Positions 57,589-64,000 of a DNA stretch of 64,000 nucleotides are shown here, piece by piece (the first letter of the stretch is position 1; every line of letters begins with the position of its first letter). The DNA lies in NCBI GenBank assembly GCA_965230395.1, contig CBDDKV010000002.1:1408947-1472946 (forward strand). Direction: 5' to 3'. Both the position numbers and the translations under genes were made by a program. The notes beneath the pieces are model-generated. The model searched no databases. It was given only the letters and a program-made list of their open reading frames with translations, and was not told the DNA's origin. Source of the DNA: Bacteroidales bacterium (GTDB lineage Bacteria > Bacteroidota > Bacteroidia > Bacteroidales > UBA10428).

Positions 57589-60500
57589 TCAAATTTTGAT
57601 TTTTAATTCATCAATGAGTTGGTTGATCTGGATTTTTGCCTCTTCTCCCTGTATAATTTGAGATGCATCATATCTATAAAAAGGATGAGCTTCATCTCTA
57701 ATGGCAGATAACCAATTAAAAGAACCTTCGATTAAAAATTTATCATCGATAGCAATTGTTTTATTATGAATTCCCTTTTTAATTTCTAGTTTTGCGCCTG
57801 CTTTTAACAGAGCATTTCTCCCTTTTTCAGACTCTTCTTTAAGTATTCCTTTAAATGTATCGAGAAACTTATCTGTTAGAATAGTGATTTTCACATTTCG
57901 ATTAATGGCATCTCGAATATGTTTGGTGAGGTTGTCGGAATTAATAGCATTTATTCTTATAAAGGGAGAGCATATAATAAGTCGTTTTTTTGCAGACACA
58001 AAGCTTTGTCTAAGTGCTTTTATATGTTTGTTTAAGGTGCTTATTCTATTATCTGATTTTATTAATGGGCTATTATACAGGAATGAACCCGATAATTCAT
58101 TTTCTGGAGAAGCGAATAAATATGAAGCCAAAGCACCAGAAGGTTTAGACTTCTTTGAAATATCAAATAGAGACATATTCCCAATAACAATAAAATGTTT
58201 CTTTGCCCTGGTTATTGCTACATTTAGCATATTAAAGCCCATATCAAAAAATAATGAACCGTTATGGTTTTTACCATAGACGGGAGAAAAAAGAATTATT
58301 TCTCTTTCAGCACCTTGCAATGCATGTACAGTTCCAACTGTAATATCAGTACTAACTTTATTTTTGAGAAATTGTCGGTTTATTTCATTTTTCTGTTCCG
58401 TGAAAGGAGTAACAATAGCTATTACATCTTTTAGTTTCTTTTGTTCTTCTGGTTTCTTATCTGCATTTATAGTTGCTAAAATGGAATTGCCAAACAATAA
58501 TATCCATTGAGTAATTGTGGTTGCTTCCAGAACATTAAAATTGCTCCCAGATTTCTGTTCTGAAATTCCATTAACATGAAGATACGCGAGAGGAGGTAAA
58601 AACAGTTGCTGTTTATCACCATATTTTTTGCCGGAGAAACTTCCAATTTTAGGCTCTAATAAGTTGTTATATACGTATGCATTACTAAATTGCACTAATT
58701 CATCTACGCACCTTCTATGCTCAGTTAAAAGAGAACCTTTTAGTTGGTCGTTGGTGAAGTACCCAGACGTATTTTGAGCCAATCTCATTAAATTACCGGA
58801 TGAACATAGGATTCCTTTCTCTTTTATGTCTTTAAGATTATTATTGTCAAGTACGTTATACTTTCTTAGATTACCTTCATCAACTTTAAGGTAAGGAATG
58901 TTCCAAACCGGTTCAATCTGATATATATCACCTACAACCAGCGCTTTTTTTGCAAGAGCAAAACTAGCTGTACCTATTTCAGGAGCTACTTGTCCAGCTT
59001 CATCGACTATCAACAAGTCGAATAATTCGTATATGGGTTTTTGAATCCACTTATCAGATGTTTTATTCCAATGAGATGCATAATTAGGTGCGGAATGGAA
59101 AGTAGAAATAAATAAAGGTGTAAGAAAGCTCATTAACTTGAATTGTTCTTCTTTTGATGCTTGACCTTTACTTATTTTAATATCAGCATTTTCAATATAC
59201 TGGATATATTTTCCTTCCCAGAAATGAATTGAAAGTATAAATGCTTTGTGTCTGTATGAAACATCAAGTATCCGGTTTAATTGTTCAATTTCACCAACTA
59301 CTCTATATTCATCATTAACTATTTTTTGACTGTTTTCAGACAAACTACTCAGATATTCTTTCCAATGCATATCTAGCTTTGAAGTTAGTGCCTTCCACTG
59401 GTTTTCAGCTTTTGTTACTTCATCAAATGCTTTTCGTTGCTTTGACGAATCATTTGCAAGAGATTCAAGAGCTTCTTTGTTTAACCTAACAAGTTCAATG
59501 ATTTGTGTTCGAATATTCGTAATTGATGAGCTAAAATCAATCCTGTCAAGAGATACTTCAAGCATATTTAATTGAAGTTTCGCTGAGAAACGTTTTCTGA
59601 AAAAGGGAATGAAGGAAAAGAAATATAGTAGTTTATTTGAGGCAATAAAGGTTTCTAATTTGTTTCTTGTATCAAAAATATTCCTCTTTGCAGTTTCTTT
59701 CTCTTCTATTTTATTTGTCAGGTTTTCCATTTGTCCCCGTTTGTCGGGAATTAAATCGAAAGCAAAATATTTGGCTTGTATTTCTTTAGTATGCCCTAAT
59801 AATTTGAAAACGTATTTTATAAAGTTCTTTATGCTTTGTACTTGTTCCGCTAAATCATAAACAATATCTTTTATATTCGATAAGTTTGAATCGGAGGTTT
59901 GTTGAAATTTATTGATGTAATACTCTTTTAATTCATCAATATCCAGTCTGTGAAAATGGTGAAAGTAATGTCCGTCAAAAAAGTCATTGTCACGAGTTAA
60001 AAGCTGGTATCCTTTTTTTAAAGCTTGTTTCTGTTTGTTTTTATCACTTGAAATCATGTACATTCCAAGTGAGGTTAAATTAGGCAACCACCTGTCAATT
60101 ACTCCCCCTTCTGTTCCAAAATTGTCAAGAATATTTGTAATTGCTTGATTATTGGTTGAAGCTGCCAAAATAAGTGGTGGTGAGTCTTGATTTCCTACAG
60201 CTTTAACAATTTCATTAGCTACAATACTTTGTAAAAGTGTTGTTTTTCCGGTTCCAGGGGGACCGTTTACGGCAAGTGTTTCACCTTGCTGTTCTCTTTC
60301 AAAAAGACATAGCGATATTCTTTGAGAAGTGCTTAAGCTGAATCTGTTATTGTATTGACCATAATGTGAAATATCGGTAAAAAGATATTCCTTTTCCGGA
60401 ATTTCTTTTCCAGATATTGTATTTAATGTGGTGAACTTTTGTATAAGGTTTTTTTCAAAATCATCATTGATTATGTCATCATATAGGCGAATTATTCCTT

Positions 60501-61137
60501 TAGCGGAAACTACCGTTTTTGCTTTAATAATACAGGTTGAGTGATGAGTATTAAATCCATCAATCTGAAAATCGTTCAGTTCATAATCCGTTACTTTTTT
60601 GAAGAAAGTGTTGCTGCTTTCCAAATACTCTTCCCATGATTCAATATTAAAAAGTGCAGCATCTAATGATTGATCAACCTTGGTAATGGAACTTATAACA
60701 GGGAAATAGTTCGTGTCGAAACAAACGGGTTCTAAAACACTTCTTACAAACCAAGGCAACCTTACTTGTTCCGGATCTACTATTATGCTTCCTTGTTCTG
60801 TAATTTTTGCAGATAACCAGAAAGGATATACTTTTTGTATATTCGTATTCTTTACTGCATGCTCATGTTTTGCAGATAGATAAAATGGGGTAAGAAATAT
60901 GTCAATCGGATACTTTTCTTCATCCTCTTCTTCTTTTATGTTTTTACTTGTCTTTTCAGATTTACGTTGACTCTCATATAATTTTTTATAAATCGTACTT
61001 AATTCTTCACTTTGAAGCTTAAAAATATTTCCAAGTTTAAAGCCATTATCACATTCCTTTGCAGGTATGTCCATTCGTTCTCCATCAGCAACACTATTTC
61101 GGTAATATTTTATTAGGTTCTTAAAATTTGATGCCAT
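57589..61137 (-). CDS. SF1 (Upf1/DNA2-like) helicase fused to a C-terminal HKD/PLD-family nuclease; type II Mokosh (MkoC)-like defence protein
   Basis: Walker A LAVNGPPGTGKTT (about 60249-60275). Motif II LLIVDEAGQV. Motifs V/VI TVHALQGAEREIILFS and NVAITRAKKHFIVIGN. An exact HKD signature H-N-K-TIAI-D-DKFLIE-GS-F-N lies near the C-terminus (about 57741-57770). Probable start at the ATG at 61137 (MASNFKNLIKYYRNS), 10 nt after the stop of the upstream gene. Confidence 0.85.
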   Translation of the reverse strand: MASNFKNLIKYYRNSVADGERMDIPAKECDNGFKLGNIFKLQSEELSTIYKKLYESQRKSEKTSKNIKEEEDEEKYPIDIFLTPFYLSAKHEHAVKNTNIQKVYPFWLSAKITEQGSIIVDPEQVRLPWFVRSVLEPVCFDTNYFPVISSITKVDQSLDAALFNIESWEEYLESSNTFFKKVTDYELNDFQIDGFNTHHSTCIIKAKTVVSAKGIIRLYDDIINDDFEKNLIQKFTTLNTISGKEIPEKEYLFTDISHYGQYNNRFSLSTSQRISLCLFEREQQGETLAVNGPPGTGKTTLLQSIVANEIVKAVGNQDSPPLILAASTNNQAITNILDNFGTEGGVIDRWLPNLTSLGMYMISSDKNKQKQALKKGYQLLTRDNDFFDGHYFHHFHRLDIDELKEYYINKFQQTSDSNLSNIKDIVYDLAEQVQSIKNFIKYVFKLLGHTKEIQAKYFAFDLIPDKRGQMENLTNKIEEKETAKRNIFDTRNKLETFIASNKLLYFFSFIPFFRKRFSAKLQLNMLEVSLDRIDFSSSITNIRTQIIELVRLNKEALESLANDSSKQRKAFDEVTKAENQWKALTSKLDMHWKEYLSSLSENSQKIVNDEYRVVGEIEQLNRILDVSYRHKAFILSIHFWEGKYIQYIENADIKISKGQASKEEQFKLMSFLTPLFISTFHSAPNYASHWNKTSDKWIQKPIYELFDLLIVDEAGQVAPEIGTASFALAKKALVVGDIYQIEPVWNIPYLKVDEGNLRKYNVLDNNNLKDIKEKGILCSSGNLMRLAQNTSGYFTNDQLKGSLLTEHRRCVDELVQFSNAYVYNNLLEPKIGSFSGKKYGDKQQLFLPPLAYLHVNGISEQKSGSNFNVLEATTITQWILLFGNSILATINADKKPEEQKKLKDVIAIVTPFTEQKNEINRQFLKNKVSTDITVGTVHALQGAEREIILFSPVYGKNHNGSLFFDMGFNMLNVAITRAKKHFIVIGNMSLFDISKKSKPSGALASYLFASPENELSGSFLYNSPLIKSDNRISTLNKHIKALRQSFVSAKKRLIICSPFIRINAINSDNLTKHIRDAINRNVKITILTDKFLDTFKGILKEESEKGRNALLKAGAKLEIKKGIHNKTIAIDDKFLIEGSFNWLSAIRDEAHPFYRYDASQIIQGEEAKIQINQLIDELKIKI

Positions 61138-61147
61138 AACTCTGTTT

Positions 61148-62382
61148 TTATTCTTCCGCACTTTCACCATACCCCAGTTCTAATGCCTGAGCAGGTTGTA
61201 TTGTATTTCCGGCAATACCTTTAACGGGACCATATATATCGATGGTGTTGGTTATCACTTTCTCAATTTGTTTTTCTCTTTGCTTCCAGATGCGTTGCAT
61301 ACTTCGCTTTTTACTTTCAAGGTCAGATTTCATTTGCGAAAAGCCTCCAACAATTGCCTCAACCTGCATCTTAAAAATACTGCTTGTGAGATAATCGTAT
61401 AGCATATGCATTTTGACACCTTTATTCTCCTGGGAAGAAACCGATTGGCTGATTTGTATTATTGATTCACGTAACACAGCACATAAGCCTTTAAACTCTT
61501 TGTAGGTGCATATCCAGATTCCATCTTTTTGCCCCATTCTTTCAAAGTTGGTGGGTAACACCTCAGTTACCAAGACTCCAATGTCAGCACCTTTGTCGCG
61601 AATGTCTGCATTAAACTTCTCAATCCAACTTGGCTGAAAGTCTTTGGTTTGTTTACTTTCGAAATAAATTGTACCACAATTTTGGATGCAGTCTCCACCT
61701 TTTGCTCCCTTCTTAATTTCTTCTACTGTATCAGGAGGGAAATTAGTCATTAACCAATCTTTGATAGCCAGTTCCTGAATTTCACCCCGTATTTGCATTG
61801 AGCCTTGTTCCTGCTTTCGTTTCATTTCTTCAGTAAGCTTTTTTGGTCTTCTAACTGCTTTTGAAGCTCTTTCATGGCTAACTCGTTCTTTTCCTCCTCC
61901 TGTTTCCGGATTTTATCTTTTTCTTCGGTTAGCTTTTGGTTGAGTACTTTTTGAGATTCTGCTTCAATTGCTTCTTTTAATTCGCTCTTTTCACGTTTCA
62001 GCTTCTCTATTTCGGCCTTGCTTTTATTCAATTCTTTAATCTGTTCCGATTTTTCGTTTATTTCTTTTTGGAGAGCATTGAATTGTTCGGGTTGCTTATC
62101 TTGAAGTTTGGTTTTTAGCTTTTCTTCAAATGCTTTCTTTTCTTCTTTTATTTGTTTCTCAAATCGTTCCTGGAACAACTCGTTTTCTTTTTTTTTCTTT
62201 TGCTCAAACTCTTCTTTTGCCTTGTTTAAGGATTCAAACTCACTTTCATATTTCTTTTTCTCTTCTGCCAGTTGAGATTGGTACTTTTGCTTGATTTCTT
62301 CTTCCAGTTGGAGCGCCAATATATCCTGAACATCTATCGATGTCCCACAATTAGGACACTTTATCTTTGTTTGATTATCCAT
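61148..62382 (-). pseudogene. DUF2130-like protein (zinc ribbon + long coiled coil + PD-(D/E)xK-like nuclease core), split by a frameshift in an A6 run
   Basis: ORF 61822..62382 has IKCPNCGTSI plus an E/K-rich coiled coil. ORF 61148..61825 has KRKQEQGSMQIRGE...GGDCIQN..GTIYFESKQTK...KMHMLYDYLTS..F..QVEAIV. Together these give the DUF2130 layout as I recall it. The two overlap as ATGA. Adding one A to the A6 run (plus-strand T6 at 61839-61844) fuses them as ...LEDQKKLTEEMKRKQEQGS. Confidence 0.7.
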
Positions 62383-62400
62383 ATCTCTTTTTGGTTTTAT

Positions 62401-63456
62401 CGGTCTAAAGATTTAATATAAATATATATGAATAAACACAATTGTGCCAGTTAGAATTATTTGATTATATTATTGAAAAACATTTGACGTGAATATAATC
62501 AATTTCATAGAGCAGTTTCCAAACGAAGAGAGCTGCAGGTTGCATTTCAAACAGTTACGGGAGCGAGAGGGCTTTACCTGTAAGAAGTGCGGATGTAAAA
62601 AACACTATTGGTTAAAATCCAAATATATGTGGCAATGTTCAAAATGCAATTTCAGGACTACATTAAGGAGCGGTACAATGTTTGAGAACTCAAACCTCCC
62701 CTTTAGAAAGTGGTATTTGGCAATGGCCTTTATGAGCTTTAGCAAGAAGGGCCTGTCGGCAATGGAACTGCAAAGGCAATTGGGGCACAAAAGATACAAC
62801 ACGGTTTGGTCAATGATGCACCGCATCCGCCAAGCCATGGGTAAAAGAGACAGTCTTTACAGCCTTGAAGGAATGGCCGAATTTGACGAAGGGTATTTTT
62901 CAACAGAAACCAGCAAAAAAGATAAAAAGGACCTAAAGCGGGGACGGGGCAGCCAAAAGCAGTCCAATGTAGCAGTTATGGCAGAATCGACGCCCCTGGA
63001 AGATATAGAGGGTGGTAAAACAAGCAAGCACTGTCGGTATTTTAAAATGAAAGTGCTGGAAGGCCATTGTTCCGACGAGATTAATGAGGTGGTTAAAGAA
63101 AGCTTTGATGAAAAAAGCATAATCTTTAGCGATAAAAGCACGAGTTATGTAGACATTGCCAATTATGTCGATGTCCATGTAAGTGAGAAATCCAGTAAAG
63201 AAACAACAGTGCGGACACTCCCTTGGGTACACATAGCAATAAGTAATGCCAAGCGTAACCTACTGGGTGTTTACCATAAAATTAAAGGCAAATACCTGCA
63301 GCTATATCTTGATGAGTTTTGCTATAAACTTAACCGGAGATACTTTGGGGACAGGCTTTTTGACAGGCTGGCTATTGCTATGGCTGATAATTACTGGTAC
63401 AATAATGACTAATCATTAAATATATTACATTTTGGATTTAATGCTAATTTTGACCG
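62401..63456 (+). mobile_element. IS1595-family insertion sequence (borders approximate)
   Basis: Single transposase ORF. Both proposed ends begin CGGTC.AAA (left CGGTCTAAAG; right reverse complement CGGTCAAAAT). Flanks share ATAAAA (possible target duplication, imperfect). The size of about 1.06 kb fits small IS1595 members. Confidence 0.6.
62489..63412 (+). CDS. IS1595-family (ISXO2-like) DDE transposase
   Basis: N-terminal zinc ribbon (FTCKKCGCKKHYWL...WQCSKCNFRTTLRSGTMFENSNLPFRKWYLAMAFMS). DDE-region pattern (AEFDEGYF...IFSDKSTSY...WVHIAISNAKRNLLGVYH.I..KYLQLYLDEFCYKLNRR). GTG start. Confidence 0.88.
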   Translation: MNIINFIEQFPNEESCRLHFKQLREREGFTCKKCGCKKHYWLKSKYMWQCSKCNFRTTLRSGTMFENSNLPFRKWYLAMAFMSFSKKGLSAMELQRQLGHKRYNTVWSMMHRIRQAMGKRDSLYSLEGMAEFDEGYFSTETSKKDKKDLKRGRGSQKQSNVAVMAESTPLEDIEGGKTSKHCRYFKMKVLEGHCSDEINEVVKESFDEKSIIFSDKSTSYVDIANYVDVHVSEKSSKETTVRTLPWVHIAISNAKRNLLGVYHKIKGKYLQLYLDEFCYKLNRRYFGDRLFDRLAIAMADNYWYNND

Positions 63457-64000
63457 ATTTTTATCTCCTCATGATTGGGGAAGAAGCGTAACAGGTCATC
63501 TTTTTCTTCGGGAGCAATAATTTTAATACAGATTAAATTATCAAAGGCTCTTCAACACGCTACGTAGAATAGTTTTTGATTGTATAACTTCTTCTCAGCA
63601 TCATCTTCACCTGAATCAAAGATTGTATTAAACTTATACTTTTGACACCAAAAATATTCACCTAACACAATCATGACATTTTCTATACAAGACCCTTTGA
63701 TTTTGTGCATGGTTATATAGTTTGTTTCTTCATTTAAATAAGAGAAGTAATTTATTATCTCTTGAAACTTAATCTTGTTGGAAAATAAATCACTGAAGAA
63801 TCTCTCTTTCTTATATAACCTTTGGAATTTTTTAAACACTTCTTCATTCAACCCATCAACCTCTTTAGCCATTCGAGTATATGTATTTTGTCCACTTTCA
63901 TATTTAGATTTAAAAGTTGGATAAATCTCATCCTTCTTAATATCATTCAAGAAGGGTTCTTTCCGATCAGTGTATGAACTATAGGAGTCCGACTTTTTAA
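63457..64000 (-). pseudogene. UvrD/Rep-like helicase, C-terminal part, with an in-frame TGA in motif VI; continues beyond the window
   Basis: ITMHKIKGSCIENVMIV (motif V-like) and LFYVAC*RAFDNLICI (motif VI YVA.[ST]RA with TGA in place of the Ser/Thr codon at 63552-63554). The frame is open from nt 64000. After the TGA it continues to a stop inside the IS end. Confidence 0.65.

Overview
This is a 64-kb chromosomal segment of Bacteroidota type, judged from T9SS C-terminal sorting domains, an HTCS-type regulator, TAnnTTTG-like -7 boxes and FloA/NfeD. I read three blocks. (1) 1-45 kb is an accessory surface-protein and signalling island. It holds a truncated HTCS, a TPR sensor kinase plus a decayed paralog, and a frameshifted RAYT/IS200-like HUH transposase. 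Next to the RAYT lies a 1.7-kb two-tier tandem array of REP-like hairpins. Four T9SS-sorted surface proteins follow, one of 4186 aa, along with fibre-like proteins, a REC-LuxR response regulator and a kinase-less propeller/YYY-GAF sensor. Six copies of a fixed-geometry operator-promoter cassette appear to tie this island together. (2) 45-57.4 kb is housekeeping: Crp/Fnr, Lrp/AsnC, amtB-glnK, MscS-family channel, M64 peptidase, cyclophilin, FKBP, TPR/PD40/SPOR protein, clpS, nfeD-floA and tRNA-Ser(GCU). (3) 57.4-64 kb, directly after the tRNA, is a defence/mobile block. It contains an SF1 helicase fused to an HKD/PLD nuclease (type II Mokosh-like), preceded in the same operon by a frameshifted DUF2130-like nuclease gene. 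An IS1595-family element and a UvrD-like helicase remnant with an in-frame TGA follow. Four genes carry disruptions. All calls rest on reading the sequence and the translated ORFs; no database search was run.
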